DNA of 63,711 nucleotides, filler included, from Octopus bimaculoides (taxonomy: Eukaryota), in the NCBI RefSeq assembly GCF_001194135.2. It is 7 parts of 7 records of this genome, joined end to end, with 100 filler letters (N's around TTAATTAATTAA, not from the genome) between each part and the next. Parts side by side here need not be neighbours in the genome. Positions count along the whole stretch, not along the records: positions 38,445 to 50,869 come from NC_068989.1; positions 50,970 to 58,500 come from NW_026431505.1; 5 more parts are not named here. One strand, given 5' to 3'. How positions within the stretch are numbered: position 1 is the first letter of the stretch; each line of letters starts with the position of its first letter. The notes under the pieces were generated by a model. That model saw only the letters and a list, made by a program, of their open reading frames with translations. It searched no databases and was not told the DNA's origin. Shown in pieces: positions 40,227 through 52,205 of the stretch. Made by a program: the position numbers and the translations under genes.

Positions 40227-42822
40227 TAGTCACTCTGTAATTACACCCCTCACCGTCACAAAAAAAAAGATGGTCACAGTTGGACTGCCTTTAATTATAG
40301 GTTCAGTCATGCCCATTCAGTCTTATTTTAAGACACTGTAATATCATAAAATAGTATTATATTTAGGATACCTTATAGAATTATTAATCGCCTCCTATAC
40401 TTAGGTGGAACTTTTCTTTGCTTTGTTTAGCACGGCAGGATTTGAACTCAGAATGTAAATAAGTCGTAACCAAATATCGTAGCCATTTTGTATGGTCCTC
40501 GTATGATTCTGCCAGTGCCAAAAGTGATGACAATGAAATCCCAGGATAAACATAAGACACACCAATATTTCGCAGCTCAAGGATTTTCCTTCTTTTTTAA
40601 TGCTAAACTGAAGTGATTGCAAAACAGAGTCAATATTAAAAATTTAAATGCAAATATAATAAAATGTGAGGTTGTCGAAATATTACAAAACGAGCAAAGA
40701 GATATGGAACACACACACAGAAACGGTATTGTACAGATAACTTCCATTCACAAGTGAGTCTGGTTTGGTAGCATGTACCATATTTTGCTAATTGTTTTGG
40801 GTGCCTGTGTAGTCACAAGCAGACATAAACACTTTCTTGGCCCTCCCATCTTTGACTGTGACACATCCAAAAAATGACAGGTGGAGGCACTAACACCCAG
40901 CTGGTACTAATTTACAGCTAGCTAGATTAGAACAACATGAAATGAAAGTATTTGAAGCACTAGAAACAAGCAGTAATCTGTGAGATGTTTGCTGATTTCA
41001 ATAAATTTTGGAGCTAGGTTAGAGATGAAAACCATTTATACATGACCAACTGTGCTTATTGCATACACAGTGCAAAAACTATTTTGACTCTTGAATTAAT
41101 GTTTATTAGTGGAATCTAAATATCTTAGTCAAAAATATTAAGTTGAATATTGAAACAAGAAATAGCTTTGTGTAACTAGTATACTGCTTTGTTTCCAAAC
41201 ACTATTCGACAAAGATTTCCTAGGACTTTTGCAATTCATAATAAAGATTTGATCTCCATCAAGAAGCGTTCCTAAGATTATTTTGTTTGTCCTTCAGTTT
41301 GGAGGTAAGGCAGTGCCTAGGCCCCTCCAAAATGTCTGCAAGAAAGGAAGGAAGGTATCCTCAAATCAAAGAACCTGGTGTTATTGATTGCAATAGAGTG
41401 ATCTCCACTAAAGGTACTTGAAGTGCCAGGTTACAACAGGTGATAAGTTGAGTCCAAACACCCAAGCAGGCCATGTTGGGATTTGAAATCGGAACATAAA
41501 GAGCTGGAATAACTACCGCAAATCAGCTGGTCTGACAACTTTACAGTTCTGTTAATTCACTCCTGATTGGTACTTTAATTCTTTTATTTGTTTGTCATTT
41601 GACGGCGACCATGCTGGAGCACCGCCTTAAAGTGTTTTAGTCGAAGAAATCAACCCCTAGGACTTGTTCTTTGTAAACCTAGTACTATTGTATTGGTCTC
41701 TTTTGCTGAACTGCTAAGTTACAGGGATGTAAACACATCAATATCAGTTGGCAAGTGATGGTGGTGGTAGGGGAAACAGACACAAAGACATCCATGCACA
41801 CAGATATATACATATATACACAACAAGCTTCTTTCAGTTTCCATCTACAAAATCCATTCACAAGGATTTGGTCAGCCTGAGGCTATAGTAGAAGACACTT
41901 GTTCAAGTGCCACACAATGGGACTGAACCTGGAACCATGTGGTTGGGAAGCAAGCTTCTTACCACACAGCCATGCTTGCATCTATGGTACTTTTATTGAT
42001 CCTGAAAGAATGAAAGGCAAAGTTATTTACTAGGGTCAATACACTCAACTAAACCCTAGAAGGCAGTATCCCAGCATGGCTACAATCCAATAGTCTGAAA
42101 AAGACTAAATGAATAACTGAATATATATCACAATTTTAGATATTTTTTTATTAGTCTTACAAATAATATAAATGTATTTTTAATAGATTATTTCTTTGAT
42201 TTCATTCCATAGCTTGCAGCTCGATGCAAAAAGTAGTTAGGTAGATTCCATTGTATTAATGTAGAGATCTTAGTAACAACTGTTACATATACCTCAGTAT
42301 GTATGTATGTGTGTATTTTAGCTAAACCAAATTAGATTTTCAAGTTTCATCACCTGACAGTCATTGTATCATGAACCCCAATCCACAAAAAGCCAATTTA
42401 AGTAAATCATATACTCAGCATCATGTATTGAGTATTCTGTTTGTCAGTCACCAATGGAAAGAAATCATTGAAAATATGCATATTTCCTTTTTTATGCTTT
42501 TTCTTCCATTTCTTTTTTTTTTTTTCTTTTTCATAAAAATCCTTGCTTAAATCTTGCTTTTGTCTACAAGGACAAAGATGGTTTTGAATTGTTTTTCAGT
42601 GTATAAATTAGATTGTTTTTTTTTTTCCGAGGAGGACACAAAACAAAACAAAAGAAACAAAACGAAAACATATCTCATCTCTCATTGAAATAATTGTCAA
42701 ATATAAATTACANNNNNNNNNNNNNNNNNNNNNNNNNNNNNNNNNNNNNNNNNNNNNNNNNNNNNNNNNNNNNNNNNNNNNNNNNNNNNNNNNNNNNNNN
42801 NNNNNNNNNNNNNNNNNNNNNN

Positions 42823-42895
<73 letters not shown>

Positions 42896-42905
42896 CGTGC
42901 ATACA

Positions 42906-42940
<35 letters not shown>

Positions 42941-42955
42941 AAATATATAATTTAA

Positions 42956-43092
42956 TCAAACAACACTATCTGTGTTTCTTTTCCATTTGGTTACCAAAGC
43001 ATGGATAATGGATGGCACAATGGTGAAGCAACAAAGCAGAGCTAGAAAATGATAGCATGGAACGTAGCTTTCATACCGATCTTTGAGTACAC
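42956..43092 (-). CDS. SLC16/MCT-family MFS transporter, terminal coding exon (TM12 plus stop)
   Basis: Acceptor TTTTTTTCTTACAG|GT; phase 1; encodes (S)VLKDRYESYVPCYHFLALLCCFTIVPSIIHALVTKWKRNTDSVV*, which fits the MCT L.D..G.Y...F pattern. Confidence 0.85.
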
Positions 43093-45257
43093 CTGTAAGA
43101 AAAAAATAAAACAAAACAAAATATATATACGTAGCATGATACTGCAACAAATAAATAAAGTAGAAAAATAAAAATTAAGGAGAAAAAAAATGTAAAGACA
43201 GGGAATAGAAATAACAAGGTATTTCTTACACACACACACTTGGTTTTTCCGACTCCTTCTTCTCACTTCGTTTATGTACAATTATTCAAGGAAACCAGAT
43301 GAAAAATATTGAAGTTATACTTGTCTGACAAGTTATATGATCTGAGACTAGCAAAACTCAAAACCAAGTTGTTAGATTATGAAATTTAAGTTACAACACA
43401 ACAATTCCTTGTTCATATGAGAAGTTGTGTTATGGACCAATCAGCAGCAAGATTTCATGTGATAGATCATTCTGGATCCTTCTGGAATGTTTCAGTTCAG
43501 GTGTCATATAAAAGCTTGTTTTTAACACCAACCTTCAGTGTGTAGCAACCCACAGCCCAGCACTACACACTCTTGCAGTTCATAATATATGTTTTCACAC
43601 TCCTACTTAATCTGGATATGATGTTATAGTTGGTGGACATGAATTTAATGTGTATATTTTCTCTTGTCTTGAAAAATTTAAGTACAGAGTTTTTGTAATC
43701 AACTGTTTATGAATGCTGCAGAATTATTCTTTCAGTTGTGTTGACTTGTTGTGGAAACTTTAACTCACAACCAACCTGAAAATTACTTGTGTAGTGAAAT
43801 AAAAGTTATCAAATATTCGCACGGTGTTGTTAAATCATTTATACACAGCCTTACCTACAAACTCCATTTGCAACAAGACCATGTGTTGAAACTAAAGCAA
43901 TTACAGCAGAGAAGATATATTTTAGCCATTGGGGGAAAAAAAAGACCCCTTGCCCACAGAATCTGTTTTCTCATTTAATCCTTTATTATTTGGTGTCATT
44001 TTCTTTGCAACAGAATTGCAGTGAATGTTGTGTCAGTGCCCAGGTCACAAATTGTATGATGTAAATTTAGACATCAAATAATAAATGTAAGTGATGTTAA
44101 GAGTTTCCATGTATTTTCAAATGGCCAAAATGAGCCTTCTGCACTAATTAATGATAAAAAAAAAAAAAAGCCCATGAAGTCACCTGATATCTACAGCCAA
44201 TTCTTTCTTTTGTCCTTCCTTCCATTCGTCCTTTTGGGCTTTCTTTCATTCATTCACTCCCAACCCACCCTCTCTCTCTCACCAATCCTGTTGAAACACA
44301 CACGTGCACGCATGCATGCACACNNNNNNNNNNTGCACACACACACATGCACTTCTTCCCCTTCTCTCACTTAATGTATAAAAGTGAATGTCTGAATAGG
44401 TTTCAAGCTTTAAGTCATAGTTTTGTACATGCTTAACTGAAATCTGATGCATACCCACATCTTTTTGAGGGAAAGATCATAAGCTATGAGGTTTCTAGAT
44501 TCTGCATTTGTTTTTATATATTTAATTTATATATAGTTTCTACACATTTAATTTAATTTAATTACACCTATTTTTTTTTGGTACATTTCTATTTGAGCCA
44601 TCTTCTGAATTTTTTCTTTATATACTTAGTGCTCAGTTGCTGGGACATAAAAACAAAACCAACACCACTTATCATACAGACACACATACACATGACAAGC
44701 TTCCACACAGTTTCCATCTACCAAATTCACTCGCAAGGTATTGGTCAGCACGATGCTATAGCAGGAGACACTTGTCCAAGGTTCTTCACAGTGGGACTGA
44801 ACCCAAAACTATGTGGTCACAAAACAAGCCTCTTACCCACACATCCATCCCTGTGCATGCATATGTATATTCTTTTACTCTTTTTACATGTTTCAGCAGT
44901 CATGTCGTTTGACTGCAGCCATGCTGGAGCACTGCCTTATATATATATATATGTATACTGCTGAAAAGTTTCTGGCTTTAGGTAAAAGAAAATACAGGAA
45001 GATCAGTTAATTACGATTTTATTCAACTTATTCCCCTCTCAGACTCACACTTATTGCAGTGGTTCTTCCTTCAGTTTTTCTAAGCCCTGTAAAAGAACTC
45101 AGATGTTGGGCTTCCAACCAGGCCTTTTGCAATACCCTTCAAGCCAGGGAACTTTTTAGCATCCTCTCGTACACGCACACACACACACACACAAACAAAC
45201 ACACATACACACCATGATGTCTATGTGTATTTGTAATTTAGAGAAAAATATACTTAC

Positions 45258-46277
45258 TAATGATGTATCCACTTAATGGAAGGCCCAGACCAGACAAAGT
45301 CATGGAGAATCCTAGAGCACAAGAATACAATTTGTTTTCAAAAATTTCCAAGAATGTCACGCTGAAGACGGACAGGCCCAATCCTGATGCCAGAAAGATC
45401 ATGAAGGATAATAAGATAAGCATTGATGTTGATGTAAAATAGGGATACAGAAGAGCTAGTGCGGCACCACTTAATCCTGATAAGTTGAAGATCATTATAC
45501 CTGATGCTATGTTTTTGTAAAGTAACCAACATGTAATAAACCGTGCAGCAATGTTCCCAACTGATGCAAGGACAAAAATTCTAGTGCTTTCCTCCAGAGT
45601 CATGCCACGGTTCACAAGGTAGTCTGGTAAAATCATTGCGAATGACATTATAAAGCTTACTGCTCCTGTTGTGGAAAGTAGAAGTAGTAGATAAGTGTTA
45701 CTGTTTAGTATCATGGATAGCATACGTATTTGGCTAAGTTTAGTATCTGTTTCTTCTTCATGGCCTGACATGTCATTTGACTGACACATGTTGATCCCCT
45801 TTAAATGGTTATTATTTTCATGTCTTGAGCTGGCATTGGCTTCGTCTGTTTCGTGTGCTATTTCCATTTGAGGCTTTGAGTCTGACTCATCTGAATCATT
45901 TGATACTTGGTCTAAATTGAACTTGGTTTTCTTTGGGCTTGCAAAATGTTCCTGTGGTGTCTTATCTGTACTTTGATAGGATCTACTGCAAGAGCCGTTT
46001 CTTACTTCATTACTGACAGGAGGCGCCCATTTCCGAGGTAGTTTCTTTAAGGAATACAGTAAACCACATGGTACAGTATGCATGGTAAATGCACAGAGAA
46101 GAAGGAGGCTGCCTCTCCAAGAATATAGTTCTGTGAGCTTGGAAACAAAAATAGGGAAAATTATAGCACCAACTGCACCACCAGTGGAAATTAGAGACAT
46201 CAACTGCCTACTGCTTTGATCAAAATAGGAAGCAATTCCGCAGTTTATAGCAATAAATATGAAGGACGTTCCAGAAC
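45258..46277 (-). CDS. SLC16/MCT-family MFS transporter, 1020-bp central exon (about TM4-TM11)
   Basis: Open 339-codon frame; MCT motif YFDQSSRQLMSLISTGGAVG...YSWRGSLLLLCAFTMHTVPCGLL; acidic central loop; six further hydrophobic segments. Acceptor TATATAG|GT, donor A|GTAAGT. Confidence 0.93.
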
Positions 46278-46689
46278 CTATATATAAAATGAAAATATAT
46301 ATTTTAGATTGATACAAGGCTGCAAAGTATATAGAGAAAGCACATGTTCAGTTGAATTTATCTTATAGTATACTAGCAGAGATAATCGGCCTTGCTCAGG
46401 ATTAAAACGGCACAGTTTTTTTGTTTTGTTTTACTTGTTCAGTCATTTAACTGCAACCATGCTGGAGCATCGCGTTTGTCAAAAAAAATTGACCACAGGA
46501 TATATTCTTTGTAAGCCTAGTATTTATTCTATCAGTGGCTTTTGCTGAACCACTACGTTTTAGGGAAATAAACACAGTGCAACAGAAGGAATGGAGTGGG
46601 GATGGGATGTATAGGGATGGTGGAGTTGGAATGTGTAGGGATGGGATAACAAGGGAGGGGGTGACGATGAAGGGAGAGAGTGGAAGGGA

Positions 46690-48420
46690 GAAGGTGGGTA
46701 CTTATTTTATTGACCCCAAAAGGATGACAGGCAAAATGACCTCAATGGAATTTAAACTCAGAACACAAAGACAGATAAAATGCTACTAAGCATTTTGTCT
46801 GATGTGCTAATGGTTCTGCCAACTCACTGTCATTAATAATAATAATAATAATAATGATAATAATAATAATAATCCTTTCTACTGGAGACACAAGGCTTCA
46901 AGTTTGTGGGGACGGAACTAGTTGATTACATCGGCCCCAGTGTTTCACTGGTACTTAATTTATCAACCCTGAAAGGATGAAAGGCAAAGTCAACCTTGGT
47001 GGAATTTGAACTCAGAGCATAGTGATGAGGGAAATACCACTAAGTATTTCGTCCAGCATACTAATAATTCTGCCAGTTCAGCACTTTAATAATATAGGTT
47101 ATTATTATTATTACCATTTCTTCATGAATTTTGGATTCAATTTTTTTTGCTAAATTAAAAATAACTACAAAATATTAATTTCCCACACTCAGAAAAAAAA
47201 ATGTGAGATACTTTTGGCTAGAACACCTTCAATCAGAAATGTGCTTGTTAGTGGCTGACTGCAAGGATGGGAGCCAAACAACAACAAAGAACAACACAAA
47301 ACATTGGTTTCAAATTTCAGGGGGCAGTTGATTACATCAACCCCAGTGTTCAACTGGTACTTATTTTATCGACACCAAAAGAACAAAAGGCAAAGTTGAC
47401 CTTGGTGGAATTTAAACTCAGAATATAAGGATGGACAAAATGTCATCAAACCTTTTGCCTGCTGTGCTAACAATTCTGCCAGCTCACAACCTTAAGTAAC
47501 ACAATATATTAAATATATTTTTATACTTACCAGCAACAAGTCCAAGATAAATTATTAGAGATCCTACATTTGAAACACATACTGAAATTCCAAGACCAAG
47601 ACACAACAAAAAGCTTCCAAGTAAAGCTGTACTCCTCACTCCATATTTTGAGCTGAAACACCCAGTCAAAACACCTGTTGATTGAAATGGTAAATTAAGA
47701 ATAATTAAATAATTACATATTTCTAACTTGGGATTAAACAAATGACACTAATTTATTAATATTGTTTCACAAAGAGGTTTATTACTTGCTTCATACATTC
47801 TTACTGGGCTCACCTGCAAGGTCATGCACTGTTTATCTTGATATAAGATTACTATGTTGTACGCACATGGCTGCAATGCATGTGCCTGGTGTACCCTTAT
47901 CAGACCGGTAGTCATGATGGGTATACTGAGCTTCGTGTATTTTACCCCAGTGTTACTTTGATGGCATGCTCTGCTCTGCTCTCACTCAATAATAATAATA
48001 ATGATGGTGGTGGTTTCAAATTTTGGCAGAAGGTCAGTAATTTTCTGGAGAGTGGGTAAGTTGATAACATCAACCACAGTGCTCAACTATTACTTATTAA
48101 CCCTAAAGAAATGATAGGCCAAGTTGACCTAGGTGGAATTTGAACTCTGAATGTAAAGACAGATGAAATGACACAAAGCATTTTGCCCAGCATGCTAACG
48201 ATTCTGACAGCTTAATAATTATAATCCTTTCTACTAAAGGCACAATGCCTGAAATTTTGGGGGAAGGGAACTAGTCGATTACATTGATCCCAGTGTTTCA
48301 CTGGTATTTAATTTATCGACCCTGAGAGGATGAAAGGCAAAGTCGACCTCAGTGGAATTTGAACTCTGAACGTAATGATGGGCAAAATACCACTAAGCAT
48401 ATTGCCTGGCATGCTAATGA
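46690..48420. mobile_element. cluster of about five SINE family 1 copies in SLC16 introns
   Basis: Copies at ~46690-46830, 46870-47090, 47300-47490, 48010-48215 and 48225-48420, all in the same orientation. The interval also contains the 144-bp exon. Confidence 0.85.
47531..47674 (-). CDS. SLC16/MCT-family MFS transporter, 144-bp exon (TM2/3-TM4)
   Basis: Acceptor TCAACAG|GT, donor G|GTAAGT, phase 1-1; encodes GVLTGCFSSKYGVRSTALLGSFLLCLGLGISVCVSNVGSLIIYLGLVAG (MFS motif A-like K/RYG.R). Confidence 0.92.
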
Positions 48421-48427
48421 TTCTTAA

Positions 48428-50606
48428 TTCTTTATTGCCCACAGGGGGCCAAACATAGAGGGGATGATACAATGATCTGGGGCCAGATTGAAAAACACAA
48501 ATATAAAAAAAAAAATCGATGAAAAATTTATAGTAAAATCGAATGATTGGGACGAACAATTATACAAACAATGAAGTTGGGGACAGGTTCTGCTTTGGCC
48601 CCGCAAGCCTCGATCCTCCACTGCTACCTTTGAAAAAAACTTTATGAATACTCTTAAGTTGAAACATTCACACACCATTCTCACAACATCCATCTTTACT
48701 TATATACTTCTGGCAATAGGCACTCCTCCACTCTTATTTTCCTTTTCAGGTGGAAGGTGAGAAATCTCACCAACCCAATGCTGGCGATGAAAGTGTCCGT
48801 CACGATTCCTTTAATATAGGTCTTCCACACTACTACTTCCGCAATAGCTACTACAGTGAGAAAACAAGCCTTACCTTCTTTGTCAAAGGAGAAAGGGGCA
48901 ACAGTTTTTATGATTGTCTCAGAAGACAGTTGTACTCTTCCCAGTGGTGACAACAGATGTTCGACATAAACCCACATTTCTGTAATTTTTGGGCATTGCA
49001 CAAGCGTGTTCAGAATGATTTTCTTGTCCTGCTCGCATCTTGGGAACATGGGTGAACAGGAGCCACCATGCCTTGCAAGTTTATCACGAGCTGGTAACAC
49101 ACCTCGGAAATATTGCCAGGTCAGAAATCTCTATAAGTTATCCAAAGACCCTGGCCTGAATGTTCTTTGGAACAGGCTGGCTAACTGATTTTCATCGAAG
49201 CCCAGAGTCTCCCCCAGGCCGTCATCATTCCTCACCTCTGCCAACCTTCTATAAAAGAACGAAGTAGAACCCCCGCTGCTGGCATTGCCCATGCCTGAGA
49301 GAAACTGGAGTGCCTGTCGGCACCCTATGTACCATTCACTGTACATTGGTCTACGTTGGATCCATGGTTCTAGTTCACTAAAGCCAGTGAACCAAGGAAA
49401 TAGCTTGTAATACTTCGACCGTGCGAACCAAAGGAGATGGCGACGTAGACGGTAAAGGCTCCTTTTAACCATGTCGCACGGTCGAACACAAAACAAGATA
49501 TATAAGTTGGAAGGCTCGTCGTAAGAGATACGAGCCATAGTGCCAGTAAAAGAACTTAGGACAAACTCAACCGTTAGATATATAATGAGAATAAATTTAT
49601 TAACAAAGTGAAACTATTTGTGTCTGTGTGCGCGTGCATGCGACATATATAAATAACACAATAGATAAGTCTGGCCTTCGTGTACAAGAGAATGTATACA
49701 ACAATGTGAAGTGACGGACAGTCGTATAAACAATAGTGTGTGTACAATATGTGAGAGTACAAGTGTGCGTGTGAATGAGAGGAAACACAGAACATAGAAA
49801 GAGTGTCTGTAACATAGACTGTAAAAAGTCTTAAAACACTGAGATAGAGAAATACCAGTTCATATTAGAGTTACACAAGGAGATAGAATGTTCATACGCA
49901 GGAAGTTGTGGCCAAGGAGCAGAGCTGTGAGTATCACACTATGTGTGTTGAGTGTCGAATACTGTGACCGTGTTACCTGGTATAGTATATTCTGGCTGGT
50001 TAGTTCTGACTGTTATTCGTGAGTGGAAACAATCCACTCAACAGCGTCGAGATAAAACCGCTCTTGTTGATGTTGGTGTTGCTGGCGACGACAATGATAG
50101 ACAGTACATAGGTGGTGAAGACGTCAGCGCTGGAACTGGCTGTAGCTGTGTTCTGTATGTGTGGTCAACGACCAGACCTGTGAGAGATCTGGAATCGAAG
50201 AAGACTACCGTCGTTGGATCGGGCTTATTTATAGGCGAAAAAGGGCTCACCGGAAACCCAGTAAAACTATCACGTGACTTTATCTGAAGCCATCGATTGG
50301 ACGTAATGCCCCCTTAGCAAGCAGAACATGGGGACAATTGCCGCGCAAATAAGAACCAATCAGGATGTTAGACAAAAGGGTCCAAGGCAGCCGAAGGCTA
50401 GATGTTAGCAGCTCCGTTATCATTTATGATTGAATGCTCGAGAGAGAGGTTTCACTACAAGCTATTTGATGAATGGAGACCACACCTGTTCACAATCCAT
50501 GTAGAGCTACAGATGCCTCAGCGCTAATTTGCACATCAACAGTCAAGGTATCCCTAGCCCACCCTTTAGCGGGTGTTGGCAGCAAGTGGACCTTCACCCT
50601 TCCAAA
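48428..50606 (-). mobile_element. 5'-truncated L1-Tx1 LINE (post-RT region, zf-RVT, 3' UTR) interrupted by a solo LTR
   Basis: FWKG...CQHPLKGGLGIP*...EQVWSPFIK*LFPW...ELEPWIQRRP...CRQAL...FLTWQYFRGVLPARDKLARHG...PRCEQ...TLVQCP...MW (zf-RVT); 3' tail ending AATAAAGAA. Confidence 0.88.
49406..50459 (-). mobile_element. solo LTR (1054 bp), 4-bp TSD AGCT
   Basis: TG...CA ends (TGTAAT.../...ACTACA); TSD AGCT at 49402-05 and 50460-63; minus-strand TATAAATA (50226-33), CCAAT boxes, CACGTG and AATAAA; removal rejoins the LINE reading frame. Confidence 0.88.
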
Positions 50607-50614
50607 AAATAATA

Positions 50615-50869
50615 AAAATGAACCGGACCGCTCTCAAAAATTAAGTAAAAAAAAACAGGAAAAATAATCCAGAAGCCTTGTATGGTATCGGATCGATCCC
50701 AAAATCTAATCAGTTCGTCCTAGTCACGAGGCCAAACATCCCTGAAAGATTCATCCGAATCCATCCAGCGGTTCTTGAGATATCTTGTCCACAGACAGAC
50801 AAACAAACAAACAAACAAACACGACTGGAAACAATACTTCCGCCTTCGTTAAGGCGGAGGGAAGTAATA
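50615..50869 (+). mobile_element. 3' end of a non-autonomous Helentron/HINE (DINE-1-like) element
   Basis: GATCGATCCCAAAATCTAATCAG...ATCCGAATCCATCC...(GACA)n(AAAC)n followed by the terminal hairpin TCCGCCTT-CGTT-AAGGCGGA. Confidence 0.6.
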
Positions 50870-51420
50870 NNNNNNNNNNNNNNNNNNNNNNNNNNNNNNN
50901 NNNNNNNNNNNNNTTAATTAATTAANNNNNNNNNNNNNNNNNNNNNNNNNNNNNNNNNNNNNNNNNNNNTATGTGTATATGTATGTATATATATATGTAT
51001 ATATATGTATGTATATATAATGCATTGCTAGCTCAAATAGTCTTTAGCTCAATTTGTTTTTCTTTATCTATCTTCTAATAATATATATTCATTCATATGT
51101 TTTATATCCTTTTTTTTACAATGCTAGCATAGGTGAGATAGAATGTCTTATTGAGGTACTGTTTTACAGCCAAATGCCCTCCCTGATGCTAATCCTTACC
51201 AGTTCCTCAAGTAAAAGATCCTTCATTCTTTCATAGCAAGCAGAAAGTCATTGACCAGAGATTTAACAACACAGCCTGAATGTGATAAGTTCCAAATGAG
51301 TGAGCACAGATATAAACATACACATATGGATACATGCATATACGCCTGTGCAAATGCATTTGCATGCACACACACACACACATGCAAGAAAATATAAATG
51401 ATAGGTTTCTTTTTGTCTAT

Positions 51421-51615
51421 TTCTTTATTACCCACAAGGGGCCAAACATAGAGTGGACAAACAAGGACAGACAAAGGGATTAAGTCGATTATATCGACCC
51501 CAGTGTGTAACTGGTACTTAATTTATCGACCCCGAAAGGGATGAAAGGCAAAGTCGACTTCGGCAGAATTTGAACTTGCCCGGTGTGCTAACGTTTCTGC
51601 CAGCTCACCGCCTTA
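51421..51615 (-). mobile_element. SINE family 1 variant carrying a Tx1-LINE-like 3' tail
   Basis: Family 1 body, but the tail TTCTTTATTACCCACAAGGGGCCAAACATAGAG (51421-53) matches the LINE tail at 48428-60 at 31/33 positions. Confidence 0.85.
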
Positions 51616-51824
51616 ATCTTCCATCTGCCAAATCGATCACAAGGAGCTATTGCAGAAAACACTTTCTGAAGGTGCTACGCAGTGAGATTGAACCCAAAAT
51701 TATGTGGTTAGAGAGCAAACTTCTTAACCACACAACCATGCCAGCACCTATACATACATACAGACATTCATGCATAAATTTATATCTGTCATCATAGTTG
51801 CATCAGGTTACTCTTTACTCTCTT

Positions 51825-52205
51825 TTACACTTTTACTTGTTTCAGTCATTTGACTGCAGCCATGCTGGAGCACCGCCTTTTAGTCGAGCAAATCGACCCC
51901 AGGACTTATTCTTTGTAAGCCTAGTACTTATTCTATCGGTCTCTTTTTGCCGAACCGCTAAGTTACGGAGACATAAACACACCAGCCTTGGTTGTTAAGC
52001 GAAGTTGGGGGGACAAACATATACACACACACACACATATATATATATACGACGGGCTTCTTTCAGTTTCCGTCTACCAAATTCACTCACAAGGCTTTGG
52101 TCAGCCCGAGGCTATAGTAGAAGACACTTGCCCAAGGTGCCACGCAGTGGAACTGAACCTAGAACCATGTGGTTGGTAAGCAAGCTACTTACCACACAGC
52201 CACTC
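51825..52205. mobile_element. SINE family 2, apparently complete copy
   Basis: Well-preserved body; near-identical to 57660-58035. Confidence 0.85.

Noticed and set aside
41265-41345. Alternative SLC16 terminal exon (acceptor CTTTCTTGCAG)
   Set aside because: It encodes a short hydrophilic peptide with no TM12; 42956-43092 fits far better.
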